DNA from: Thermodesulfovibrionales bacterium
GTDB lineage: Bacteria > Nitrospirota > Thermodesulfovibrionia > Thermodesulfovibrionales > UBA6898
Reading direction: 5' to 3'
Length of the DNA: 64,000 bases
Assembly: GCA_044450345.1 (NCBI GenBank)
Contig: JBIOIY010000003.1
Location: 1 to 64,000, forward strand
In this document: piece by piece, positions 26,881-38,158 of the stretch
Layout: each line of letters begins with the position of its first letter
Numbering within the stretch: position 1 is the first letter of the stretch
Notes under the pieces: generated by a model
What the model was told of the DNA's origin: nothing
The model's database searches: none
Seen by the model: only the letters and a program-made list of their open reading frames with translations
Made by a program: the position numbers and the translations under genes

Positions 26881-27585
26881 ATGTTCCTGATTGAAAGTTT
26901 AAAAACAGCTTTTTCGCTGATAGTCCATCTGAATGCCGAACTGATGGGGATTATTCTCCTTTCGCTGCAGGTCTCGGGCTCTGCGCTGATTATCGCGACT
27001 TTTTTGGGCCTGCCCCTAGCCGCTTTCCTGGGTTTCAAAAAATTTTCGCTGAAGGGGATATTCATCAGCACGCTTCACACATTCATGGGGCTTCCGCCTG
27101 TTGTGGTAGGTCTTTTTGCGTATCTCCTTTTGTCGAGGAGCGGCCCCCTCGGTTTTCTGGCGTTGCTCTATACACCCTCGGCAATGATCATCGCCCAAAG
27201 CATTCTCGCCCTGCCCATCGTGGCATCTCTCAGTTATTCAGCCATCGTGGGGGTTGACCCGATAATCACGCAGGCATCGAGGACATTAGGGGCGACGCAG
27301 TATCAGGTTTCGTTGAACATTATCAGAGAGGCCCGCTACGGAATTATGTCCGGCATAATCGCGGCCTTCGGCAGGGTGATGGCGGAGGTGGGGGCGATAC
27401 TTATCGTCGGCGGCAATATAGCGGGTTTTACGAGAGTGATGACTACCACTATCGCCCTGGAAACCGACAAGGGAAACTTTGATCTTGCGCTGGCCCTCGG
27501 CATAATACTCCTTGCCATCTCGATGGCGATCAATTCTGTTATGCATATTGTTCAGAAAAAAGGCGTGATAGGAGTCAACAGATGA
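26881..27585 (+). CDS. tupB: Tungstate ABC transporter permease
   Basis: FMGLPPVVVGL, LLSRSGPLG, REAR, FGRVMAEVGA, VGGNIAGFTRVMTT. Confidence 0.92.
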   Translation: MFLIESLKTAFSLIVHLNAELMGIILLSLQVSGSALIIATFLGLPLAAFLGFKKFSLKGIFISTLHTFMGLPPVVVGLFAYLLLSRSGPLGFLALLYTPSAMIIAQSILALPIVASLSYSAIVGVDPIITQASRTLGATQYQVSLNIIREARYGIMSGIIAAFGRVMAEVGAILIVGGNIAGFTRVMTTTIALETDKGNFDLALALGIILLAISMAINSVMHIVQKKGVIGVNR

Positions 27586-28235
27586 CCTTGAGACTCAGCG
27601 CATCGAATATATGGAAGGGATATAACGGCAACCAGGTGCTAAGAGAATGCACTTTTTCATTCGCTGACCACGGCATTTATGTATTGACAGGGGCGAACGG
27701 CTGCGGCAAGTCCACATTCCTCAGGATCTGCGCACTCATAGAGGCCCCTGACAGCGGTGAAATCAACTATTTATCTGACGGCATCATTCTCCCTAAAGAC
27801 CTTGAACTGAAGAGAAGGATCACCCTTGTGCTGCCTAAGGTCGGTGTTTTCAATACTACGGTCTTCAGGAATGTAGCGTATGGGTTGGGGATCAGGGGGA
27901 TTAGGGGAAGGGAGGCGGAAGCGAAGGTCATTGACGCTCTTGAGTTTGTGGGACTGGGGAATAAGAAAGACCAGAACGGTCTTACCCTTTCGAGCGGGGA
28001 AACACAGCGCCTCGGTATTGCGAGAGCCGTGGTCATAAGACCCGATATGCTTTTCCTCGACGAGCCGACCGCGTCGGTAGACCAGAAGAATACCGGGATT
28101 ATCGAGGATATAATCCTAAAGATGAAGACAGACGGCAAAGCTACTGTGGTCATTACCACGCACGACAAGGAACAGGCGGCGAGGCTTGCGGATACGTTGC
28201 TGGTGATGCGTGACGGAAAGATTTCAGAAGGTTAG
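27582..28235 (+). CDS. tupC: Tungstate ABC transporter ATPase
   Basis: GANGCGKS, LSSGE, FLDEPT, TTHD; ATGA overlap with tupB. Confidence 0.9.
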   Translation: MTLRLSASNIWKGYNGNQVLRECTFSFADHGIYVLTGANGCGKSTFLRICALIEAPDSGEINYLSDGIILPKDLELKRRITLVLPKVGVFNTTVFRNVAYGLGIRGIRGREAEAKVIDALEFVGLGNKKDQNGLTLSSGETQRLGIARAVVIRPDMLFLDEPTASVDQKNTGIIEDIILKMKTDGKATVVITTHDKEQAARLADTLLVMRDGKISEG

Positions 28236-31200
28236 CACGGGTTAATTGCCAATGCAGCATGGGACAGTCTTTGAGCAGAGTTCGCCCTATAATGAACAGA
28301 CTTTGCGCAGTACGACTTATCAAATAGGTAGTCAAAACCGAAACTCTATCAATAGTACGATTGGAATATAACGCCATCAGGAAAAACTGAGGGCGAGAAG
28401 TACAGCCACAAAGTCGAAACGCCTAGCGTGCATAGGCTGATAATTAACAAAAGTAGTAAACAAGAAAGATAGTTCTATTCTCTCTCTGCCTTGGAAAAGG
28501 CTTCATCCATCCCCGGCCATTCCAGTTGAAGTAAACGGTCTTGTATTTTGATAACTCTTGTTATTAATTGAGGATCATCCTGCGCATCTGCCCATCGCAG
28601 CAACTGGATCACAGTTGTAACCATATCCTCCGCTTTCCACATGTACGCTGGCCTTCTGTCGGGGAAGCCGCTTAAAAAGTTTTCAACCATATCCATGCAC
28701 CATCCAGGATAACTGTCTGCTATTCTTGACAGGTAAGTAAAAAGATCAGCCAAATAATGAATGTCATGATTTCCTCCAACCTTGTCAATAAATAGGGCTA
28801 AATAACTTTTCGTTAAGTCGTCGCATGATAACGGAATCTCTTCAAAATGCATTTCAATATTGGCAATTAATTGGTGCGGAAAGTTTTCATTACTCATGAG
28901 CCCGATAAGCCCATTAATACATTTATTTCTTAAGGCAGGTGTTTTGAGATTTGCAGTAAAAACTTTTACCGCCCCTCTCCACGCCTCGTCTTGTGCAAAT
29001 TCAGTTAATTGATTAATAAAGGCTTCAAGTAAGATTAGGTCATCTAAAACGCAGAGGGCCATGATTAATCCCCATGATTCGGCACCATGTTTCCCGTTTC
29101 CATCCTCCTTAATGCGATCGAGTAAAGGGGATACTTTGTCAAAGTGCTCCCTGTATTGATGATATAGGAAACCATAAGCATGTGGCCAAAGAGCAGGATG
29201 AGAGCCCGAAACGGTTTTTTCAAATAAGGCCCAACCCTTGCCTGGCCTTTTGAATTCCAAGAAAGGAAGTAATCTAAGAACGGGAGTTCGCACCGCCTCA
29301 ACAGGATCTACTGCAAACTGCTCAAAAAGATTAAAAAGCTTTTCTGGAAGCTCTTCCTCATTCTCTAATAGTCTTCCCATGAGGACTGTTATAGCTTCTG
29401 CTATAACCCCTCTAACAGAATTGAAAGCTATATGCATTAAATCATCTTCATTAAGCTCAGTTTTACCCTGGCTAAATATTTTTTGTTCCAACTTCTCGGG
29501 ATTGGAATGACCAGACATTTTATTGCAGTAATCCAAAAATCTTTTCTTCAGATCATCCCTCCTAATGACATAAGAGATTGCATAAAGTGCATTACCTGTG
29601 ACATTACCATCATCCAGTAGCGTCGCGTAATTGTCCAGCCAGGTCAAAATACTTTCTGCAAGTACTTCGCCTTCTATGAGTGGTTCAAAAAATTCAAGTT
29701 CATTTGGCTTTTGTAGGTTCCCAAACCGAAAACGAATATGATCTGACACACCCCGTAAAAGGCTATGGATATAAGCGCCACTCACCTTTGATTCCCAAAA
29801 GAGGTCCATATATGGGATATACCGGCCCGGCTCTTTCTGGACGCATGTAGAAAACACTTGCGCAATTTCATCACTTCCGCCCTTTGAGTGGTCAAACGGA
29901 TCAGACCAACCACCCCTGCCTATATCAGCGCTATAAAAGCTAAATAGTTTAATAAGCCCGTTTAGTGATAATCCTTCCATTTCTGAAACAGATATTGGCG
30001 ACCCAATCATTCCACCCCAGCCTATTAGTTTGGGTGGTTGAGGCCAGGCACCAAAGGTATTCTGCCATGTCTCAATAAATGCCTGCGCTTCAGGCAAACG
30101 AAAGATGCTTGGAATTACTGAAAGCTTCTGATATTGCCAGTTAAAAAGCCAACGCGGTTGATCTTCTGTTTCCCGATCAGGCTTTTTCCTTTCAAGTATT
30201 ATTTTTTGTAGAATCTCCTGCAGTTCAGGTAATAAAAAAGGAACTATACCGTTTATAAGTTCTCCCAATTCGTCAGAAAGCTGGGAGTCAAAAAGTATTT
30301 CAGGTCGCAAAATAAATTCGTACGCTCTTAATGAATATTCTTCTTGATCTGCCGCGTATGCGTGAACTAGAAAATATGCTACTGCGCATTTTTTGGTTCT
30401 TCTGAGAGAAGGTTCAATTTCAAGAAACCACTTGGATTTTTCTTTTGCATGCAATATGATTGCATGATTTATCCCTTCCAGCAGAGCATTTATTGAATAG
30501 TATCCGTAGTGATCATGCTTGTTATGTGTTCGTTCCCAAGATGTGTAGCTGAGAAAAGCGGTGTTTAAATCTGCGCTGTCAGCGTGATATTCATATCTCG
30601 AACTCCAATCATTGATCGCATCAATGGCTATTTCAAGTAACCATGACGATTTTTTCAATCGCTCAAAAAGAAAGTTTTTCTCGTAGAAATTATGTTCAGA
30701 ACAATTTAAGCCTTTATCATGTGAATAGAAGAAAGTATACGGGATGACACCTTCGGGAATATCTTGAGTTATGTATTGCCACAGAAGGTCATCTCCTTTA
30801 TTGGTTTCGGCAACATATTTTGAGATAGCCCTTCCTACCCATCTGTCATTAGTTTTATTCTTTTCAAGACTTAAGAGCGCTCGTAAAATGTCCTCAATCC
30901 CTTCAGTCTCCCATTTCGAAAAGTTATTTATCATCATAATAATAGGACCAAATAGCGGATCAGGGGTACTCAATACATATTTCCAACACTCAATAACTTT
31001 ATCGGGTCGATTATTCATCCACCTCTCTAGCACATAAAGAAGTGTAATTTTTGTTGAGCTATTTTCTCTATCTCCAAGTATGGCCTGGGACAATCGTGGA
31101 TGCATGGCATCAAACCAATCGATTGACGTAACTCTTTGCAGGAACCTAATGAAAAAGTCTGGACAATCCTTGTAAATATGATTAACAAGAGTAAATTCAT

Positions 31201-32759
31201 TTTCAGTAATAGAGGTAATCTCAGACAACGATTCTACAATGAGACGTTTTACATGGTAGGCGACTCTCTCCTCTTTCAAGATTCGGAGAACTTCCTTTGA
31301 GAACTCTCTACCATCTATAGAGTGAAGGTACAAAAGAAAGCTTCTGATGGCAGGCCGGATAAAAGGAAGCTGATGGTGATCTAAAATGAATTCCAGAAGC
31401 AATTTGCTTTCGCTAACATAATATCTCACTATCAAGTAATCCAGCAAGGTCTGATGAGAAAATGCTACCCTGTCTCTTAATGGATCTTTTACTAATATAT
31501 CTTCCGAACAAAGAATATGGAACATCTCTTCTGTAACACTGAATTGAAGTCTCGGCAAAAAGAGGGAACGGGCTTCCAGTAATTTTTTGGACATTGCCTG
31601 TAATGACTTTACAGCTCTCTCCCCTAAACCGTCCTTTTTTTCAACGGATTCCTCAATAAACAGCTTCGCAAAGTGAAACTCGGTTAAGAATGAGGACGGA
31701 GGACATTTCTCGTAAAGCTTCTCATACAGCTTTAAATTCTGCGGATGAGAAAACAGCGCCTTCTGATTCTCCTTTATTGCATCAGTATTTATTCCCCATG
31801 CCTGAAGAATTGGAACAATGTCCCTTTCATAATTCAAGGGAGGAAGCGGTATTTTTTTGTCCCATGAACGATTTCTTAAATAAGGATCGTATTCAAGGTC
31901 AAAATCCCTACAGGCAATAACGGTAGCGACATTCTCCAATGCTAGAAGCTTATCAATGAAGGACAAAATCGTTTTTAATGGTTTTTGATCCCTCGCAAGA
32001 GAAAGGGTGTCCAGAGAATCAATTATAACTACTACATGTCTGTATTCCGAAAATCGTGAAACTAAAACAGAAGGATTAAACTTAAAATTTAATCTATTCA
32101 TAAGTTCTTCTTCTGATTCTATATCATCGAAATAGTCACCTTTGATAAAGAGAAGTCCGTAAGAGTCGGAGCGCTCAATTTGGTCGGCGACTTCCAATAG
32201 CACCCATGTTTTACCACAACCCTTTTTTCCATTTACGAGGATTGATTTATTGCCTTCTCTGATAGAATCCATAATAGTAAGTACTTCATCACGGTATATT
32301 TTCTGACCGCCAATTTTTGCGTCATAATTACGGCCTATTTGTGAAGCAACCTTAAATTGTTTGATTATTGCCTCTTCCTCTATTACCGGTGCATTATGAA
32401 ATCCCCGTTCTGTCAAGATGTCGAAAAGATATTGTTGAGTGAATTTATGAGGCACTCCCATGCGCGCACTTTGTAGCGAAACCTGGCGCATGAGAAAGTC
32501 ATAAACACGATGCGGCTCTGAATATAGTCGCTTTATATCTTCCTTTATCGTTCTTTCCCAACCATCATAGTCGTGATGCTCGCCAATGTTTATTTGTTGA
32601 ATAATTGCGAAAGCCTCCTCTCCTGAAGCATCAATTATTTTCTTAACGTTCTGAAAGATGCCTTTTACTGTGGCAGACGCGTTGCCATCGAACATTAGAT
32701 AATCTTTATAAAGACTTATTGCTTCTTTGAGACTGTGAAGCTCTCCAAAGGGGGTTCTA

Positions 32760-33896
32760 GTGTAGTGCGGCGTATATAGCTTTACATATAGATGAAAATC
32801 ATGTATACTACTTTTCATGAGCAGGAGAGCAGCGCAGATTGTTCTATCTTCGGAGGAACAAGCCATGATAGATATGTGGTCACGGGGAAAGCGTTTCCCC
32901 GTACGATTGGTTCAGAGAGCGCAGATTATTCTGATGGCGGCAAATGGGGTGTTGAACCAAGATATTGCTGCAAAGATTGGGACAACGAGGCCCACAGTGC
33001 AACTATGGCGAGAGCGTTTTCTGGCACTTCGATTGGCCGGTTTGGAAAAAGACGCCCCACGTCCTGGCCGCCTGCCAAAGATAACAGCGGAGAAGATTGC
33101 TGAGGTGGTTGAGGCAACGCTTCATACAAAGCCTTCCAACGCGACCCACTGGAGTACGCGCACTATGGCTGCTGCTCAGGGGATTAGTGAAAAAACTGTC
33201 CGCAGGATATGGAAGCAGCACAACCTTAAGCCTCACTTGATTAAGACCTTTAAACTGAGCCGTGATAAACAGTTTGTCGAGAAACTGCATGACGTTGTTG
33301 GCTTGTATATGAATCCGCCGGATAAGGCGTTGGTGCTGTGCGTTGACGAGAAAAGCCAAATTCAAGCGCTTGACAGAACGCAGCCGGGGCTACCCATGAA
33401 AAAAGGGCGCTGCGGAACGCAGACTCATGATTACAAGCGCAATGGTACAACCACGTTGTTTGCAGCTCTGAATATGCTTGACGGAAAAGTAATAGGCGAC
33501 TGCATGCCTCGCCACAGACACCAAGAATTTATTCGCTTCCTCAAGAAGATAGATAATGAAACCCCAGCAGGCCTTGATCTGCATCTCATAGTCGATAATT
33601 ATGGGACACACAAACACCCGCGTGTGAAATCTTGGCTTAGTCGGCATCCTCGTTTCCATTTGCATTTTATCCCCACTTCAAGTTCCTGGTTAAACATGGT
33701 GGAACGTTGGTTCCGCGAAATTACAGATAAACGTATCCGTCGAGGTGTTTTTAAAAACGTTCCTGACTTGATAGCGGCAATCGGGGATTACCTGGAGAAT
33801 CATAATCAGAATCCTCGGGTGTTTGTATGGAGCGCTCCCGTGGAACAGATTCTGTCAAAAATAGCTAAATGTAAAGAAGCGTTTGCCGCACTACAC
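32760..33896 (+). mobile_element. IS630-family insertion sequence (1137 bp)
   Basis: Terminal IRs GTGTAGTGCGGC...CTTTACAT at both ends; duplicated TA (32758-59, 33897-98) in a CTAG target. Confidence 0.96.
32781..32809 (+). promoter_or_regulatory. Candidate sigma70 promoter of the IS630 transposase
   Basis: TTTACA-17 bp-TATACT, ending 7 nt before ATG 32817. Confidence 0.6.
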
Positions 33897-33899
33897 TAG
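32817..33899 (+). CDS. IS630 transposase
   Basis: HTH plus DAPRPGR and HWSTRTMA; DDE triad in VDEK, VDNYGTH and WLNMVERWF; the stop TAG uses the duplicated TA. Confidence 0.96.
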   Translation: MSRRAAQIVLSSEEQAMIDMWSRGKRFPVRLVQRAQIILMAANGVLNQDIAAKIGTTRPTVQLWRERFLALRLAGLEKDAPRPGRLPKITAEKIAEVVEATLHTKPSNATHWSTRTMAAAQGISEKTVRRIWKQHNLKPHLIKTFKLSRDKQFVEKLHDVVGLYMNPPDKALVLCVDEKSQIQALDRTQPGLPMKKGRCGTQTHDYKRNGTTTLFAALNMLDGKVIGDCMPRHRHQEFIRFLKKIDNETPAGLDLHLIVDNYGTHKHPRVKSWLSRHPRFHLHFIPTSSSWLNMVERWFREITDKRIRRGVFKNVPDLIAAIGDYLENHNQNPRVFVWSAPVEQILSKIAKCKEAFAALH

Positions 33900-34750
33900 A
33901 GTATAAATAGACTTGCCCTCTTGGATCCTTAGCCAACTGGGCTTTAGCCTTTGCAAGGATATCTCTGAGGTCATTTAAATTCCATGCTCTATGTTGTGGC
34001 TGATTCTTTTTTGCTTGGATATATGTTTTATGGCCGTCTTTATATCCAATGACAATATCCTCAATAAGAATTCGATCTTGGGTGTCAGGATGCGCAATTG
34101 CTTCTATCTGAACCCAAGACAGAGGGTCGTCGGACAATAACTGGACAACCCAATGAAGGGCAATAAGCCTTTGATACTCGTCACCTTGACTAGAATATAT
34201 GGCGGATTCCATTTTTTGTAGTATAAATCAACCGCCGAATGAAATTCTCTCAGATAAAGATATATTCTTTATAGCTCGTTTTGTTTTGCTTCAGGGGACC
34301 CCTTGTTCTCGAAATTTGAGCGGCAAGTGTGCTTAAGCAAGAGACGGTCATTGCAGAAACCCCTGCGTAAATAACTACAGGAAGTTATTAAGCGGGCTGT
34401 CGGACATCATCTACTGCGGTGGAATAAAGGCGGCCAAACAAGCTTTATCAAAAGGACCAGAACCAATGCCAAGTAAAAAAATATGAATGTCAGAGGGGTA
34501 CCAAATAATTTAATCTTACCTTTTTTCTTAGGGCTTTTCATTGCGCTTCCTCAACAATTATAAATCGTACTACGCACAATTATATCAGGTTTCAAAGGCG
34601 TGAAGTACAGGAAGAAACAGATGGGTGGATTTTGTCTTTTGATAATCCTTACTTTACGCCTGCGAAGGTTCCCACATAGCTAATCCTGCAACCCGAGGTT
34701 TTCATTTTTCGTCTGAAGAAGCACACCTGCTGCAAGTGAGAAAGACAAAT

Positions 34751-35974
34751 CTACTTGACGATCAGATACTCGATAAGGGCCGCGAGGAAGATGACGACAC
34801 TCGCCGGTATGATCTTCGTATATATGCCCCACAAGTCTGCTTTGAAATATTGTCTTGTAAGTACGAGGCAGAGATGGACAGGAGACAAAAGCACGCCTAT
34901 GAACCCTGCTGCAAAGGCAAGGGAAATTCCGGAGAGTGAAGCTCCCCCCTGAATGCTTATAAGCAGGGGAAAGGTGCTTCCCACAAAACCCACGGTATGG
35001 CCGGTCAGAAGGCCTGTGATAAAGGGCAATAGGCAGAGAATCGGAAGGACGGGGATTCCCTGTTCCAGAAAAAAGGAGCTCAGGTTTCTGACGGCGCCGG
35101 ACGCCTCCATAGTCTCCTTAAAGATCATGATGCCTATGATCAGAACGATCACTTCAAGGGCGAACCCATACTTTGTTACCCGAAAGACCTCGCGAGGGCC
35201 GTACCGATAAACAAAAAAGAGAGAGAGTATTATCGCAAGAAGCGCATAATGGAGTTCAACCCGTGCGGCGATGACGAGCAACAGAACCGCTGTGACGGGC
35301 AGGAAGCTCAGCCAGTCAAACCTCCTTGCCTGCATCTTCATTGGTGCCGCCGCATCAAGTTCCTGATCCCCGGCCTTCGCTTTTTGTGAGACATTTCTCA
35401 TACCGTAGATAAAACCCATCGCCAGGAGCACCACGGCGCAGACCATGTTTGCAAAGATGAGGGAATACAGGGGAATACCCGAGACCGCCGATGCCAGAAG
35501 GATTCCCGGGTAGAGCGGGAGGATGTACTCCCAGGGGTGTCGGAACCAGTAGTTGATAAATGCCTTCTCCTCCTGGCTCATCTTTAATCCAGCCGTCGCC
35601 TCCTTAACCATGGGGGCGGAAAAGTATGCCCCACCAAGGGAGGGCAGCATGCCTATAAGGAGCGGCATTGATATTATGACCACCTTCTTATTATTGAAGA
35701 ACCCCTTCACAGAAGACATCATGGCCGACATCACGTTCTTTTCCCTGAGTATCAGTTCGAAGGTCCTGATGAGAGACAGCGCGAGTAGCAGCTTTATCGT
35801 GGTGCTGTTAAGGATCGACTTCCTGAGAGCCCCTGCGATGCTTGCGGGCCCCATTTTATAGAGCGCGGCAAGGCAGGCCGAAGCAATGAGCATCACATAG
35901 CCGATGAAGAGTTTCTTGCGGAGGAGAACAAGGATCAGCAAAAATACAAAACCGATCTTGAATAAATCAGGCAT
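34751..35974 (-). CDS. DUF401 family membrane protein
   Basis: IGMLPSLGGAYFSAP, NYWFRHPWEYILPLYP and SPVHLCLVLT. Confidence 0.88.
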   Translation of the reverse strand: MPDLFKIGFVFLLILVLLRKKLFIGYVMLIASACLAALYKMGPASIAGALRKSILNSTTIKLLLALSLIRTFELILREKNVMSAMMSSVKGFFNNKKVVIISMPLLIGMLPSLGGAYFSAPMVKEATAGLKMSQEEKAFINYWFRHPWEYILPLYPGILLASAVSGIPLYSLIFANMVCAVVLLAMGFIYGMRNVSQKAKAGDQELDAAAPMKMQARRFDWLSFLPVTAVLLLVIAARVELHYALLAIILSLFFVYRYGPREVFRVTKYGFALEVIVLIIGIMIFKETMEASGAVRNLSSFFLEQGIPVLPILCLLPFITGLLTGHTVGFVGSTFPLLISIQGGASLSGISLAFAAGFIGVLLSPVHLCLVLTRQYFKADLWGIYTKIIPASVVIFLAALIEYLIVK

Positions 35975-35980
35975 TGTCCG

Positions 35981-36991
35981 TTAAAGGGAATTCGAAACCT
36001 TTTTTATCTCTTCGAGCTTCTTAAGCGCCTTCCCGGAATCGATCGACTCCTTCGCGAACTCAAAAGCCTGCAACAGGTCCTGGACCCTTCCTGACACCGC
36101 GATGGCAGCAGCCGAGTTTATGAGGACAACGTCCCGCTTTGGGCCTTTTTCTCCGCGTAAGATGCTGATCGCTATCCGGGCATTCTCGTCCTTATCACCA
36201 CCCAGAAGGTCAGAGGACCTGCCCCGTTCAAGGCCAAAGTCTTCAGGCGCGAGAAACATATTTTCCACCTTCCCGTTGAAGAACCTTGACGCCTTTGTCC
36301 CATCAGAAATAGTGATCTCATCAAGGCCGTCTTCTCCGTGCACGACCATCGCGTCTTCGGCCCCGAGGTTTCCCAGTACCTCGGCAAGGATTTCTGTCAG
36401 CTTGCTGGAGAAGACCCCGAGTATCTGCCTCCTGGCGTTGGCGGGGTTTGTCAAAGGGCCGAGGATGTTGAAGATAGTCCTTATCCCCATCTCCCTTCTG
36501 GGTCCGACCGCATATTTCATTGCGGGATGAAAGAGCGGGGCGAAGAGAAAGCCGAAGCCTGTCTCGAAGAGGCATTTCTCGACCTTTTCGGGCGGCAGAT
36601 CTATCTTTATCCCGAGGGCTTCGAGCACATCGGCGCTGCCCGATTTACTCGAGACCGCCCTGTTGCCGTGTTTTGCGACAGGAACTCCTGCAGCGGCCAC
36701 CACGAAGGCGGTCGTTGTCGATATATTGAACGTATGAGACATGTCCCCGCCTGTGCCGCACGTGTCGAGGACGCCTTCCGGAGCCCTTATATGTGCGGCC
36801 TTGTCCCTCATGATCTTTGCCGCTCCGGTTATCTCCTCGACCGTCTCACCCTTTATCCTCAGGGAGGTCAGAAAGGCGCCTATCTGTGAGTCCGCCGCCT
36901 TTCCTTCCATTATCTCTTTGATGCATTCAGCTGTCTCCGACTCAGACAGGTCAATCCCGTTAATGAGCATGTTGATCGCTTCCTTGATCAT
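35981..36991 (-). CDS. trpD: Anthranilate phosphoribosyltransferase
   Basis: DTCGTGGD, FNIST, KHGNRAVSSKSGSADVL, NILGPLTNP and GLDEI. Confidence 0.97.
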   Translation of the reverse strand: MIKEAINMLINGIDLSESETAECIKEIMEGKAADSQIGAFLTSLRIKGETVEEITGAAKIMRDKAAHIRAPEGVLDTCGTGGDMSHTFNISTTTAFVVAAAGVPVAKHGNRAVSSKSGSADVLEALGIKIDLPPEKVEKCLFETGFGFLFAPLFHPAMKYAVGPRREMGIRTIFNILGPLTNPANARRQILGVFSSKLTEILAEVLGNLGAEDAMVVHGEDGLDEITISDGTKASRFFNGKVENMFLAPEDFGLERGRSSDLLGGDKDENARIAISILRGEKGPKRDVVLINSAAAIAVSGRVQDLLQAFEFAKESIDSGKALKKLEEIKKVSNSL

Positions 36992-37045
36992 CTATGTTCC
37001 CTCTCATTCTTAGGAGTTAGGCGGAATAGTATCATATAACACATT

Positions 37046-38156
37046 TTATTGTTGAGACGCCCTTATCTTGAGGAACTCGTTTATGAACCTGTCGATCCCG
37101 CCGTCCAGGACGGTGTCGACATCACCCACTTCAAGCCCTGTCCTGTGGTCTTTTACGAGCCGGTAGGGCTGCAGCACATATGACCTGATCTGGCTTCCCC
37201 AGGCGATGCCCTTCTTGTCTCCGACCAGGTCTTCCATCTTCTTGTCCTTTGCCTTCTGTTCAAGCGTAAAGAGCCTGGCCTTCAGTATCTTCATGGCGAC
37301 TGCCTTGTTCTTGTGCTGGGACCTTTCGTTCTGGCAGGCGACGACAATTCCTGACGGTATGTGTGTCAGACGCACGGCCGAGGAGGTCTTGTTGACATGT
37401 TGTCCTCCTGCCCCGGAAGCGCGGTAGGTGTCTATCTTGAGGTCCTCTTCCCTGATCTCAATAGCGATGTCGTCCTCTATCTCCGGATAGACTATCACGG
37501 CTGCAAAGGAGGTATGCCTCCTTTTGTTGGCATCGTAGGGCGAGATCCTGACCAGCCTGTGGACCCCTGCCTCGCAGCTCAGGTAACCGTAGGCATAGTC
37601 TCCGGTGAAGGTTATCGTGGCGCCTTTTATCCCCGCCTCGTCGCCAGGCTGAAGGTCGACGATCTTCGCCTCAACGCCACGCCTCTCAGCCCATCGCAGG
37701 TACATCCTCATGAGCATCTGGGCCCAGTCCTGGCTTTCTGTGCCGCCGGCGCCGGGGTGGATAGTGAGGATCGCGTTGTGATTGTCCAGTTCCCCGGAGA
37801 GAAGGTTCTGAAGTTCCAGCTTTTCGATATCCTCCCTCAGGGATTCGAGTTCTTTCTTGATCTCTTTAAAAAAGACCTCACCGCCTTCCTCATCGAGGAT
37901 CCCCAGCGACTCCTCGATGTAGGCAAGTCTGCCCTCGATAGTCTCAAACGGGGCCACCGTACCTTCAAGCCTGGATTTCTCCTTCAGAAGCTCCCGCGCC
38001 TTTTCCTGTGACGACCAGATTTCTTCTTTGGTAAGGTCCCCGCCGATCTTCGCTATTTCTTCCTTTTTCTTATTGACATCAAAGATAACCTCGGAGCGCT
38101 TCGATCTTGGCCCTCAACGAAACCATCTCTTCTTTAAGTTCTGACTGCAAAAGCAT
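37046..38156 (-). CDS. prfB: Peptide chain release factor 2 with programmed +1 frameshift
   Basis: ATG 38156, 25 codons to GAGGT-TAT-CTT-TGA-T (CTT TGA at 38084-38079); the +1 frame continues to SPY and GGQ motifs. Confidence 0.95.
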
Positions 38157-38158
38157 AA

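Larger units (their letters stand above)
28475..34212 (-). pseudogene. Nuclease-STAND NTPase (Avs/AVAST-like) antiphage gene interrupted by IS630
   Basis: N-terminal part (34212..33897) has GDEYQ..ED..YIQAK, a PD-(D/E)xK Cap4/Mrr-like pattern. C-terminal part has Walker A GKKGCGKT, Walker B VVVIIDSLD, IACR, FSHQTLLDY and a long helical tail. Removing the IS rejoins QVYLYS-RTPFGE in frame. Confidence 0.85.

Noticed and set aside
28309..28403. AGTAC recurring three times at 45-bp spacing downstream of the Avs-like gene
   Set aside because: Only a 5-mer with dissimilar flanks; compatible with chance.
28236..34750. att direct repeats or an integrase bounding the AT-rich defence insert
   Set aside because: No convincing direct repeat or recombinase found by eye.
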